Shown here: positions 29,503-40,400 of the stretch, one piece after another
How positions within the stretch are numbered: the stretch's first letter is position 1
How the letters are laid out: every line of letters begins with the position of its first letter
NCBI GenBank assembly: GCA_963764165.1
Contig: CAVXRD010000002.1
Location: forward strand, 416,001 to 480,000
DNA length: 64,000 bases
DNA from: an uncultured Verrucomicrobiae bacterium
Lineage (GTDB): Bacteria; Verrucomicrobiota; Verrucomicrobiia; Limisphaerales; Palsa-1400
Reading direction: 5' to 3'
The notes under the pieces: generated by a model
The model's input: only the letters and a program-made list of their open reading frames with translations
Database searches by the model: none
Told to the model about the DNA's origin: nothing
Made by a program: the position numbers and the translations under genes

Positions 29503-30042
29503 TTAAGAATTTGTCCCAGACTCCGCGCGCCGGGCTCTTTCACGGGCCAGCGCCCATTCAACGGAAGTCAATAATTTTGCGGAAAACCTCCTCACCGTGT
29601 GCCGAACCTCGCCGACCGAAACGTATGCGCAATCGCCAAGTGGGTAGGCTTCGATGTTCACGAAATCGGAAGGCCGGGGTGCCGCGCCCGCCAGCTTCGG
29701 AATATCTGTCAAACAAACTACTCCAATGCACACGCAGCCAGCCTTCCTTTCCTCAATCGCATTGGCGGCCTTTTCCGCCGAAACTGCGCCGGGAATAAGC
29801 CATGATTTCCCGTTGAGCGCGGCATTGGTGTAACCGCTATCAACAATCAACCCATCCGGCAGAACTTTGATGATCCGTCCGCAGATTCGGCGCCGACTTC
29901 CGATGCACGCGTCCCTCACCTCGACTTCGTGCTTTGCCTCCGCCACGGTTTGCGCGGTGTCGTTTGTCTGCGCGACTGCAGGCGCCGCGCTCGCCGCCGC
30001 AAGCATGAGGGAGAGCCAAACGATGTTACTGTTGAATCGCAC
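29503..30042 (-). CDS. Hypothetical secreted protein
   Basis: Signal-peptide-like N-terminus (AAASAAPAVAQ); overlaps the stop of the upstream large gene, so likely co-transcribed. Start uncertain. Confidence 0.6.
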   Translation of the reverse strand: MRFNSNIVWLSLMLAAASAAPAVAQTNDTAQTVAEAKHEVEVRDACIGSRRRICGRIIKVLPDGLIVDSGYTNAALNGKSWLIPGAVSAEKAANAIEERKAGCVCIGVVCLTDIPKLAGAAPRPSDFVNIEAYPLGDCAYVSVGEVRHTVRRFSAKLLTSVEWALARERARRAESGTNS

Positions 30043-33000
30043 GGTAGAATCGGAACGGATAATTAGTCGAGCCGCTGTCCATCAAGAAAATCGATGCCCC
30101 AGAAGCGGCGTTGGTGGTGAGCGGCAGCCAGTTGATTAAATTCGTGGTCGCTTCCAGCACGTAATTGGACCCTGTTGACGTGCCTGAGAGCTGCATCTGG
30201 AAAGTTCCGTTCGGCTGCAAGCCCGCCGCGCTCATGGTCAGCGGCTGGAACACGAACAGCGCGCTGGCGGCCACGCTGTTGTTGAAACTGGCCTCAAACT
30301 CATTGGCCGAAACCGTCAGCGTATGGGTCAATCGCAGCGGCCCGGTGTAGACCGCCGAATTGGTCGTCGGCAGCGAGCCGTCCAGCGTGTAATAAACGGT
30401 CGCATTGGTGTCGGATGCCATCACCGTCACCAGAATCGATTGATTGAACGTTCCGCCAGCCGGGGTAATCGTGGGCGGCGGAAGAGCGGGTGTGCCAGGC
30501 AGGCTGTTGATCCACGCCGCCATCACCGCGACCGCGTTGGTATCAATCAAATTGCGCGCCAGCGGCGGCATCTTAACAGCGGCGCTGAGAGTATTCATTC
30601 GCTGGTAAATCATCGAGCGCCAAACGTCATCCGCCTTGACGATGCACGCGTTGTCGTAGCCCAGCGAAAATTGCGCCGGGTAATTGACGATGGCCTGATT
30701 CACGAGTGGCGTGTCGTAACGCGCGTCAAACGTGATGCCCGTCCCTCCCGGTTGGTGGCATTGCGCGCAATTGGCGTCGAGATACGATCTGGCCCGCTGT
30801 TCCAGCGACGCATTTGAGTTGGTCAGCGACGCGAGCTGCTCAAAGTTCGAAATGCTCGCTTCATCAAAAGCCGGATTGAAAAGCCCGAGCCGATTTAACG
30901 TGCGGAGTTGATTGTCGGTCACGCCCGTGGACGGATACGTCAATGGACCGTTGAGCTGCCGGGTGTTCACGCCGAGGACGTAATTCGCCACCGGCGTATG
31001 GCACGTCAAACAATCTGCCGGGCTGGGGTAATACCATGTCTGGCTCGCGACTCCGCTCGCGTTTGTCACCAAAATGGTCTCGTTAAGGCTCGAGGTGAGG
31101 AGATCGGCGTCGCTGTTATCGGGGCGCCATTTGTAGGTGACACCGTAAACGCCGCCATTTTCATCGCGCACCAAAAGGCGGGTTTCCAGCCGCCGCAGTG
31201 GAGCCGCCGGATTTGTCGTGTTGACAGCCAGGTCGAAATTTTTCACGAACACCGTGCCAGCGGGAAATTGCCACGAATTCGTTGGAGTGAAGCCAATTTG
31301 CGCGGCGGGCGTGATCGCCCCGCCTGTTCCCGGCAGCGCCATGTAACGGCTCTTGATCGCACCGTCCGACCACAGCGGCGTGTTTGGCGCGTATGGAATA
31401 AGTCCAGCGGATGGGACTCGATTCGCCGTGTCGGAGAAAACGCCCGTTCCCGAAAGCACCGATGGCAATCCGCCCGGCAAAATCGCGGGCACGACGGGAG
31501 GCAGATTGGAATGGATGAATGGCCCAATGACCGGATTCGACGTCAGTCCGTAAGGCTGGCCGCTGGCCGCATTAACATTGATGAATACCGGCGGCGACGT
31601 CGTCATCAAGCCGCTTCCGTCGCTCGCCACCGCCGTCAGCATGTAACCCGGCGGAGACACAGCTTGAACGACGTAATAATATGTCGTGCCATTGACCACA
31701 GCCGAATCGGTGTAAGTCGTGCCCGGCCCGCCACCAATCAAAGTGTAAGGCCCGCCACTTTTCGGCGCCCGCGACACGAGGTAATTGGTCGCCCCGATGC
31801 TTGCGTTCCAGGACAATGTCACCGACGCGTTGCCAGCCGTGGCAATAAGCCCGTAGGGTGCAACGACTGGTCCAGGCGCGCTATATTGGGGCGGCGCGAC
31901 CGTGATTGAACCGGATCCGCCCGGCAGAAAATTATTCGGAAACATCGCGCTTAGCTGCCCGTAGCCATACGTGCCCGGCGCGAGGGAATCTCCTTGAATG
32001 TTCGCCGCCGCAAACACGCAATTCTGATGAAGATTCATCATTCCACCATTGGCCAGCGTCAACGTCCCTGAGCTCGCCAAATCATAATTGACCTCCACCA
32101 CCGCTGGCCCGGCGGGAGAGCTCGCGCCTGGCATGTTTGTCAAATATCCGATGTAAAGCGGGTCGACGGTGATGCTGTTGGTGCCGAGCGAATTTGGCGT
32201 CGCCCCTTCCAGCCAGCCCGCCTGCACAATCCATTGCCCCGAAAAAGTATTGGAAGCGCCGGAGATAATTTCCGGCGCATTCGTCGCGCAGTTGATGATG
32301 ACGATGTTTCCCGCCCCGCTCAAATTCGCGGATAGCGTGAGTGGCCGTGGATTCGGAGCCAGTCCGCCGCCGCCCCCGTTCTCGCCCTGCATCGAATCGA
32401 TGGATTGCGAAATCACGCGAACGCTGCCCGTGATCGTCATTGCGCCGTCCGTTCCGCCGTTCAACATGCCACCGTTGAGGATCAAGCCCGGGTTCGCGCC
32501 GACGCCGGGAAAATTGACCGAGCCAGTCTCATTTTTCATGCGCAACTCTGTGTTCGCATTCATCGTGAGGGAATCGCCCGGAAACGTATAATTGCCCGCG
32601 TTCCCCGGCGAGCGCAGCCGCGTGTTGTTCAAGCTGTTGCCAATCGAAATGCCGTTGGAATTCAACACGTAATTGTTCCCCGCCACCGCCGCCACCGCGG
32701 TTCCGGTGCCGTTGGTTTTCCAAATCGCCGCCGTCCAATCCGTGCCGGACGCTTCAGTGGTCGTGGAAATCAGCGTGTGATCCGCAAAGGGCGTCGCGCT
32801 GGCTTCGATGGAGTTGGAACTTGCGCCGCCGGTGATTTGGCCAAAGCCGGGAACGGTGATTGTGTAAAGCGGCGCGGTCGCGCTGGAATTCAAATTGCCG
32901 ATCCAATTCCCGTTCGCGTAAAAGGAAACATTCGTGAGGGGATTATTCGGCGCGTCGGACATGGCGCCGATGGTGACTGTGCCGGTGGCGGTGAAATTCT

Positions 33001-36000
33001 GGCCGTTGGTCGGAGTCGTGATGAGAATTGTCGGCGGGGGATTTGTGTAAGAATAGAGCTGCGTCGTCGGTATGATGGACTTCGGAGTCGATGGGCTGCT
33101 CCATGCCAGCGACACCTGCGAGCCGTTGTCGTTCTGGTAATAATAATCGAGTTCAACATTGTAGAACTGCTGCGCGGTGAGCGCGATGCGGTTGCTGAGC
33201 GCCGTCGCGCTTTGGTTGACCCAATCGTTGACAAACAATTGGCCGTTTACGAAGAGCCGGACACCGTCGTCCGCCGTGGTGTAAAATGCATACGTCTCCG
33301 TGAATTGCGGCTGGATCATCCCCGTCCAGCGCACGACATAATTCGTTCCGCCAATTGCGGGCGCGGGACCCGCGGTTCCCCATGCAAAATTGATGTTCGT
33401 GTCAACCCTCACCAAGGTGGGCGCCGCGCTGAAATTTGAATTGGTGAAGGCGGCGCTGGTGGTGTTCGACCAGTATTGGCCCGTCAACCCCGTTCCCGTT
33501 CCAATCTCCGAGCTGTCAATAAAAGCGGCGCTCGCAACCGGGCTGTTGAACGCGCCCGGCACGGCGGCCATCGCATTGACCGCCGCGGAATTGGTCAATG
33601 TAATCGGGCCGGTATAGACGGCGGATTCAATCGTCGGCGTGCTCCCATCGAGTGTATAATAAATAGTGGAATTGCTGCTTGTCTCCGTGATCGTCACAAT
33701 AATTGAATTGCTGAACACTCCGCCGTTCGGCGAAATGACCGGTGGCGCAACCAGGTTTCCCACACCGTAGACATCGAGGAAATATTGGCCGCGCACAAAT
33801 ACTTTGCCGTTGGCAACGACGGGCGCCGCATAATTCACCGGGCCGCCCGCCGCGTCGCGCGCGGCGTTCTGGCTGCTGTTGTATAATTCCTGGGAAAGAT
33901 TGGTGGCGTTGAAGGCGTGCAAAATCGTCGGCGAGCTGTCTGTCTGAATGTCCCATGCGATGGCATTGCTCGTGCCGTTGGCGGAAATGGTTGGCGTCGA
34001 ATATCCGCCGCCAAAACTCACGCCGGACTTCGTCACCGGCGAGGCCGTCATCACCGCGTTGCTGATGCCGAACGCTTTCAGGACATCGCCAGCGCCCTGA
34101 AAATAAACCATGTTGTTGAAGTAAGAAGGAGAACTCCACAACCCGCCCACCGCCGACTGCAATTCCTGCACGATATGATTGCTGGCCACATTGAAGTGCC
34201 CGAGATTATTGCAGTCGACGACGAAGATGTGCCCTTCCTTCCCGGTGCCCACGACGAGGTTCGGATGCGCGGCGCTGCCAGCGGCGGCTGGCAGCATCAC
34301 GGGACCGCCTGAACCAAGATCCTCATCGTTGATCGCCAGCGACGCGGCGTTGGATGGACTGAAATAATCCACCACCGCGAAACCATTCGATGTGGAAAGT
34401 TTCACAAAGCTGTCCCCGTAATCTCCGCCGTTGGTATTGGCGCTGAAGCTGCCGTTGCCCGACATGAAATAAAGATTTCCACTGGCATCGACGCACGGCC
34501 CATCGCCCCCCATCCAAAGCGCGCCTTCGCCGGCATTCACGCCGAAGGCGTTGCTGCTGGCATTCGGCGTCGTGGCAAAAACGCTGTTCGCCAGCGGTTG
34601 AAGATTCGTTGCGTTGAAACCAAAAACCCAGCCGTGATAGGGATCGGTGTCGCCGTAACTTCCATAGCAAACGTAAAGCGAACCCCCGGACAGCGTCAGC
34701 GCCGGACGATTCATGTGGTGGCTTGGATTGAAATGCACAACCCCGTTGACCGCCTCGACGCCGACACCTGGAACCGAGCCCGCCACCACCACCGGGCTGT
34801 AAGGCTGTTCCGCGCCGTTGGTTATGTTGAGCGCGTGGAGCGTGTGAAAGCCCGCAGCCGAATTCGACTCCGGCCCGGAAAACACGTCGACATACATGGT
34901 GCCGTGAGCAAGATCAATCACCGGCGTCCCGGTGATGCCAATGAGCGGGTTCAGGACGTTGTGATGATACCGCACGCCGTAATAAGTGCTTGTCAGCGCG
35001 ATGCCGAGATTTGTCCGCCAAAGCAGCCCGCCGTTGGGACCCTGATTGCTGTCCGCGTCAAACGCATAAACGCTGTCATTTTCCGTTCCTATGTAGACGA
35101 CGTTGTGCGTCCCTTGCCCGGGAATTTCCACATTCGGCACAAAGAGCGGCGAGGCATAACAATATCCGTCCACCGCGTAGCTGAATAATTTGGCGAATGT
35201 ATTCGTATTGACATTCGCCAGCGTCAGAATCGTTTCGTTGGTGTTGGCCCCGCTGCGAAAATTATCATACTTGTAAGTGAGCACAGGCGGCGCGGTGAAA
35301 GCCGGATTGCTCGCAGCCGTGGTAAAAGAAAGCGAAGACGCGGCCCATCGCGCTCCATCGGCATTGACGGCGCGGGCGGTAAAATAGTAAGTCGTGCTTG
35401 GGGAAAGGCCATTGACGGTTTCAGCGAAAATTCCCGCCTGCGCCCCGATGGATACGCTCGATTGCCAATTCGCAGAGTTCGTGCCGCCATCGCTGGTTCC
35501 GTAAAAAAGTGTGATGACGGTCGGACTGTCTCCCGTGAACAGCACCTGCCCATTGAGTGTGGCCACGGTGCCCTCAACCGAATTTGCCGGAGCAATGGCC
35601 ACTTGCGGCAGCGAACTCGGTTCGGTCAGAAACTTTGCAGAAGGCGCCGCCCAGAAAATGCCAACATCGTTGCTGCACATCGCGGTGTAGTAATACGTCG
35701 TATTGGAGCCAAGCCCCACTGCGCCCGCGGAAAACGCATTGCTCACATATCCGGCGGAAACGCTGCTCGCCCAATTGGCGGGATTGGTGCCGCCGTCATT
35801 CGGCCCGTAATAAAAGGTCCCCACGGGAGTCGTTCCCGTCGAAGAGACCACCTTGCTGTTCAAGGTGGCCGAGACTGCCGTGATGTTGTTCGCCAATAAA
35901 TTTGTCAGGACAACGCCCGGGTTTGTTTGCGTGCTCGGCAAAGGCAGAGACAGCGCGCCAGTCGTAAAATCGCCACCGCCATCGACCGCCGCGATTTTGT

Positions 36001-37057
36001 AGTAAGCCATTCCGGAAGGCGCGGGGGTATCCGCGTAAAAGAGATTGGTTCCCGTGCCCGATGTGATCGGCGAGTAAGGCCCGGCGAGATTCGTTGACCG
36101 GTAGACAAGATAATTTGAAGCTCCGAGCACGCCAACCCACGACAGAACATTCGTGTTGCCTTCAACCGTTAGCGCCACCTGTGTCGGCGCGAGCGCGGAC
36201 CAGCGAATGTCTTCAATTTGCGCGGGCGACATGGCCGTCGTCGCGGTTGTCGAACTGTAGAATCGAAAATCATTAAACCAGCCGTCGAAAGAATATTCCT
36301 GGTCGGAGGCGCGATTGCCAATTTGCAAGGTGCTGCCCGCCCCGCTTGGCGTTCCCAGGTTAAGAGTTTGATTCGGCAAATGCGCGGTGATTTGCTCCTG
36401 GATGCCAACGGTTCCGTCCGTTCCATCCGTGCCCTGATAACCCAAGAGCGACGTGCCGTCATAGGTGACCGCGTAGAAATACCATTGATCCAGGATGTAG
36501 TTAGGGCCGCCTTCCTCCGAAAGCGGATCCAATTCCGTGCCGTTGAAGTTGAACGAGATCTCGTTGGCTTGCTCAAAGTAAAGGCCAATGCTGTTGGCCG
36601 CACCAATGTCTTTGACACCGTTAGTCCCCAGCGCGAAAAGGCGTGGACCGGTTGTGCCCTGCTGGTAAAGAACGTATCCGCTTGGCCGAAACCAAATCGT
36701 GGCGGTGAAGCTTTTGACCGCGCCAAAATTGAGCGCGGCGCTGCTCTTCGTTATCGCCATCGGCCCGAGCCCAAAATAGTCGCCGCCGGAATAGCTGAAA
36801 TCGGAGTTGGTGGAAAAATCGAGCGCCACATTCAATCCCGAAACGCCGCTGCCCGGCACGCCGTGAAAATTCATGCCCGCGCCGTTGGAAGCCAGCAACG
36901 AAAGCGAAAGAGGCCCGAGTGCGCTGACCGTTGCCGCCGCGTTCGTTCCAGCGCCAAGGTCAGTGAACGGGATTTCCAGTTGGAGAGCAGGCTGGGCAGC
37001 CAGCGAGACGGTCGAGATGAGCCACGCCATGGCAGCGGCCGCAGATAGATGTTTCAT
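30026..37057 (-). CDS. Large secreted protein: LamG, FN3-like, PQQ-like propeller, chitobiase/Fn3-associated, PA14, Ig-like, diheme cytochrome c domain, C-terminal tail
   Basis: ATG 37057 MKHLSAAA signal; YDNFRSGANTNE and GITGTPVID propeller motifs; IYYTLDGS x2; TADDGVRL PA14; CLTCH and CAQCH heme motifs; tail EATTNLINW...FRFYR. Confidence 0.87.
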   Translation of the reverse strand: MKHLSAAAAMAWLISTVSLAAQPALQLEIPFTDLGAGTNAAATVSALGPLSLSLLASNGAGMNFHGVPGSGVSGLNVALDFSTNSDFSYSGGDYFGLGPMAITKSSAALNFGAVKSFTATIWFRPSGYVLYQQGTTGPRLFALGTNGVKDIGAANSIGLYFEQANEISFNFNGTELDPLSEEGGPNYILDQWYFYAVTYDGTSLLGYQGTDGTDGTVGIQEQITAHLPNQTLNLGTPSGAGSTLQIGNRASDQEYSFDGWFNDFRFYSSTTATTAMSPAQIEDIRWSALAPTQVALTVEGNTNVLSWVGVLGASNYLVYRSTNLAGPYSPITSGTGTNLFYADTPAPSGMAYYKIAAVDGGGDFTTGALSLPLPSTQTNPGVVLTNLLANNITAVSATLNSKVVSSTGTTPVGTFYYGPNDGGTNPANWASSVSAGYVSNAFSAGAVGLGSNTTYYYTAMCSNDVGIFWAAPSAKFLTEPSSLPQVAIAPANSVEGTVATLNGQVLFTGDSPTVITLFYGTSDGGTNSANWQSSVSIGAQAGIFAETVNGLSPSTTYYFTARAVNADGARWAASSLSFTTAASNPAFTAPPVLTYKYDNFRSGANTNETILTLANVNTNTFAKLFSYAVDGYCYASPLFVPNVEIPGQGTHNVVYIGTENDSVYAFDADSNQGPNGGLLWRTNLGIALTSTYYGVRYHHNVLNPLIGITGTPVIDLAHGTMYVDVFSGPESNSAAGFHTLHALNITNGAEQPYSPVVVAGSVPGVGVEAVNGVVHFNPSHHMNRPALTLSGGSLYVCYGSYGDTDPYHGWVFGFNATNLQPLANSVFATTPNASSNAFGVNAGEGALWMGGDGPCVDASGNLYFMSGNGSFSANTNGGDYGDSFVKLSTSNGFAVVDYFSPSNAASLAINDEDLGSGGPVMLPAAAGSAAHPNLVVGTGKEGHIFVVDCNNLGHFNVASNHIVQELQSAVGGLWSSPSYFNNMVYFQGAGDVLKAFGISNAVMTASPVTKSGVSFGGGYSTPTISANGTSNAIAWDIQTDSSPTILHAFNATNLSQELYNSSQNAARDAAGGPVNYAAPVVANGKVFVRGQYFLDVYGVGNLVAPPVISPNGGVFSNSIIVTITETSSNSTIYYTLDGSTPTIESAVYTGPITLTNSAAVNAMAAVPGAFNSPVASAAFIDSSEIGTGTGLTGQYWSNTTSAAFTNSNFSAAPTLVRVDTNINFAWGTAGPAPAIGGTNYVVRWTGMIQPQFTETYAFYTTADDGVRLFVNGQLFVNDWVNQSATALSNRIALTAQQFYNVELDYYYQNDNGSQVSLAWSSPSTPKSIIPTTQLYSYTNPPPTILITTPTNGQNFTATGTVTIGAMSDAPNNPLTNVSFYANGNWIGNLNSSATAPLYTITVPGFGQITGGASSNSIEASATPFADHTLISTTTEASGTDWTAAIWKTNGTGTAVAAVAGNNYVLNSNGISIGNSLNNTRLRSPGNAGNYTFPGDSLTMNANTELRMKNETGSVNFPGVGANPGLILNGGMLNGGTDGAMTITGSVRVISQSIDSMQGENGGGGGLAPNPRPLTLSANLSGAGNIVIINCATNAPEIISGASNTFSGQWIVQAGWLEGATPNSLGTNSITVDPLYIGYLTNMPGASSPAGPAVVEVNYDLASSGTLTLANGGMMNLHQNCVFAAANIQGDSLAPGTYGYGQLSAMFPNNFLPGGSGSITVAPPQYSAPGPVVAPYGLIATAGNASVTLSWNASIGATNYLVSRAPKSGGPYTLIGGGPGTTYTDSAVVNGTTYYYVVQAVSPPGYMLTAVASDGSGLMTTSPPVFINVNAASGQPYGLTSNPVIGPFIHSNLPPVVPAILPGGLPSVLSGTGVFSDTANRVPSAGLIPYAPNTPLWSDGAIKSRYMALPGTGGAITPAAQIGFTPTNSWQFPAGTVFVKNFDLAVNTTNPAAPLRRLETRLLVRDENGGVYGVTYKWRPDNSDADLLTSSLNETILVTNASGVASQTWYYPSPADCLTCHTPVANYVLGVNTRQLNGPLTYPSTGVTDNQLRTLNRLGLFNPAFDEASISNFEQLASLTNSNASLEQRARSYLDANCAQCHQPGGTGITFDARYDTPLVNQAIVNYPAQFSLGYDNACIVKADDVWRSMIYQRMNTLSAAVKMPPLARNLIDTNAVAVMAAWINSLPGTPALPPPTITPAGGTFNQSILVTVMASDTNATVYYTLDGSLPTTNSAVYTGPLRLTHTLTVSANEFEASFNNSVAASALFVFQPLTMSAAGLQPNGTFQMQLSGTSTGSNYVLEATTNLINWLPLTTNAASGASIFLMDSGSTNYPFRFYRAIQQ

Positions 37058-37142
37058 GCAAATGACTATGCCCACCACACAGGGCTGGTTGTCACTGCGA
37101 GTTGGCTCGCCGTCATTTTCCCCACAGCGGGAAGCCAATTAA

Positions 37143-37163
37143 ATCATTAAAAATGATGATTTT
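37143..37163. promoter_or_regulatory. Putative operator, identical to 25205-25225
   Basis: ATCATTAAAAATGATGATTTT, 86 bp upstream of ATG 37057. Confidence 0.6.
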
Positions 37164-37250
37164 AATCAATAAGCCCGGGATGCAGACCCATAGCTGGCGC
37201 ACCTCGCAAGATTACGCTTCAGAAACCCCTGATGATACGGCATCAAGGCA

Positions 37251-37318
37251 TGGAGCCAACTGCCGGATTTGGGCTGCCCTGCCTGATTCGGATACGAGGA
37301 TGATCGCCGATTCCCTCG
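37251..37318 (-). other. att-like site 1: tRNA(Thr)-type 3'-end fragment plus conserved element end
   Basis: Reverse complement CAAATCCGGCAGTTGGCTCCA (T-arm 3' half, acceptor stem, CCA); flank GGCTGC...GATTC..TACGAGG...TTCCCTC is shared with 52561-52607. Confidence 0.75.
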
Positions 37319-37432
37319 TAAAGCTGAGGGAACAAGATTGAAACAGTCAGCCACGGAGTGCGGGTTAAATCCAACGGACTTTCCGCAGCGACCCGGACAC
37401 CAAGGAAGTCGCAAGTTATGCCGCCAAGCGCA

Positions 37433-40400
37433 TCAGCGCGGGGCCTGCGGCGCCACAACCCGATAATAGCGGTAGCCGCGGTTGGTTGAGGCTGGGTCGC
37501 TGAAGTAGCGCAGGCTCGCCGGCGACACGTTGGTGCTTATCGAACTCCAACTGGCCAAATTCGTGGTGGCTTGCAAAATGTATGTGCTATCGGCGATTCC
37601 AGAGAATTCCAACGTGAATACGCCATTCACGAAATGCGCTCCCGTGATTTGATTGAAATTCGGCGCCAGGGTCGTAAAGCTTACGGCATTCCCAGTGGCG
37701 ACACCGCCGGCGTTGGACGCTACGATGGCGTAGAAGTAGGGTGTCCCCACCTGCAAGCCCGCCAGCACGTTGCTGATATTGTAGCCGCCGGTTTCCGCCG
37801 GAAGCGTTGCGACCATATTGGTGTTTCCGAAGTTTGTCGTCGTGCCCCACACAAAGCTGACCGTCGTCGGGGCGTTTTGCGGATTCACGACGCCGTTGAG
37901 GGTGGCGGAGTTTGTCGTCACGCTGCTGGCGGGCAGCGTCGTCACGCTGGGCGGGAAATTATTGACAGTGACCTCGATGTTGTTGGTGGCGGCCACATAA
38001 TCGTTCGTGTCAAATGGCGTGTAGGTGACGCTTTGCAGGCTGGTGCCGAGCGGGGGCGTTGTCTCGGGCGCGGTGAAGGCAAAGTTACCCGGCGGGGTGG
38101 CGGCGCCGCCGCTCAAAGTTGCCGCCGCCAATGTTTGTCCAAGAACAATCGGGCTGGCAGTCGGCCACGTGATGACAGTCGAATTGGTTCGGTCTATCGT
38201 TATCCAACCGCTTGCGCCGGTGAGTGTGTAGTTGCTTGAGGCGCTCCCGGTCAAATCCAGCGGCGAAAAATTGACGATGGCTTCCATGCCCGCGTTTGTG
38301 CTCGCGAGGATGGCATAACCGTCCAGCGCGAGGTTAGTGGAATCGAGATCGTTGGTGATGGACAAAATGGAGGCCATGGCGGTGGCCGTTCCGTCGAATG
38401 ACCGCTCGCCTGTCAATATAACAGGCAGCGGCGTCACAATGACGTCGCCGCTAAAGCCCGCAAGCGTGTAATTGCTGACGGACGCGCCCCCGAGCGCGAT
38501 GGTGCCCAATGAGGTCATGGCATTTGTGCCCACGCTTGCGCTGGAAAGACCGTTGCTTCCGGATGCCACGATGATGTCATCGCCAGCGACGGCGTTCGAC
38601 ACGGACAAAATCCCATAGATGGCGTTGGTTGTCGCATCGTAATTGCGGGTGCCGGTCAGAACCACGGGCAGCGGATTGACCGTCAGGGCGCCGGCGTTGT
38701 AGGTGATGGCATAGTTGGCCGGGTTGAAGGTGCCACCGGTTGCGGCGCTCGGCGTGATGGCGTAAGGCGAACCAGAAACCGGCGCGTTGGCCGCTCCACC
38801 GTTGCCACCGATGGCGAGGGTGACGGACCCAATCGTTTCGCCATATTGCAATCCGACGCTGGTGAATTGCGCTCCTCCGCCGCCGAGGGTTTGCCCATAG
38901 GTTTTGCTTAGCGAATTGGCGGTGATGGAAAGAGGCGCCGGCGTAACCTGAATGTCAACGAAGTTCGTTGCTCCCGTGTAATCGTTTGTGTCCAGCGGTG
39001 TGAAGACGGTGGTCAGCGAATAAGTGCCCACGTTCAACATGGCGCCATTGGTCGGCAAATAAACGAAGCTGCCTTGAATATTGGCGGTGGCTATCAACTG
39101 GGTGGACAGGCTCAACGGTGTGCCATAGATGATTGGTGCCGGGTTGGACCAGGTCACGACCGACGGGGCGGTTTGGACTACGATGGTCACGCTGGCGCTC
39201 AGACTGGAATAGGCGGCGGGGTAGAAAGGCGTGAAGGTCACCAATAGCGTATTTGTCCCGACCGGCAGCACTGTCCCGAGCGAGGGTGTATACATAAACG
39301 CGCCCGGCCCGGACGCGGTTGCGTTTAATTGGGCCTCCGTCAATGCCGTGCCGTAGACAATGGCGGCTGGATTGGTCCATGTGATCGCATTGGCCGACAG
39401 CAGGGCCTGGCGACTGTCAATCATACATCCGTCCGCGGAAGTGACCTGGCAGCGCACCACCGCGCCATTATAAGCCAGCGCCGCGGACCCGACCGTGACG
39501 GTCGCCGAATTGGCCCCGGTAAATCCAGGCACGCCCGCCAGCGATGTAAACGCATTCGTATTGCCGGCCGGGGCGATCTGCCAGGCGTAGGTCAAGCCGT
39601 CGCCGGCCGCGGAAATGGAGAACGCGTTGGATCCCGGGGTGGGATAATACAAGTCCTGCGGCTGAGCTGCGATGAGAAGTGAAGCTGATTTTGTTCCCGT
39701 AAATTCATATGGCCCCAAATCAATCTGGCCGCCGACTTCGCGCGCATTTCCGGCGAGATCAGAATTTAAGCCGGCATCGAAATTGGTGCTGCCGAGACCA
39801 ATCAACGGCGAGCATGGCGACAATTGGAAATCACCGCTGACCGACGGCGCTTGCGCCGGGTCAATCGGAGTGACGAAGGCCGGAGCCAGATTGGTCACCT
39901 CAGTGCCGCTGTAGGTGGCAAGGCTCTCGATCGAAGCATACGCCAGAGTCACGCTGCCCTGCTGCACCGTCAGTTGCTGCAACTCCACCGAGGCGCCGTT
40001 CGGATTGGCGGATCGGTTGTTCCAAAGAATGCTGTTTTCAATCGCGAGTGTTGATCCCAGCGCGTTGATGCCACCGAAGAATACGCTGCCAGCCGTGACA
40101 TCTTCGTTGGCGGTCACAGTCGAGTTGACCAACGTGCCGGTGCTGTTGATGATGGCCAATCCGCCGGCGTTGCCCGCCACGAGGGCGTCGGCCAGAATGA
40201 TTTCGCTGTTGGTGGCATACAACGCGCCTTCAAGATTTCCTTGGAATGCGCAATTGGTGAACGCCCCGCCGCCGTCCATCAATTCAGCGCCGATGCCCTC
40301 GTTGGCGATGAATTGGCAATTGCGAATCACGGGGCTGGCGTTGGAAATCATCAAACCCGTTGACGAACCGGTTACGACAAAGCCATCGAGGACAGTGTCC

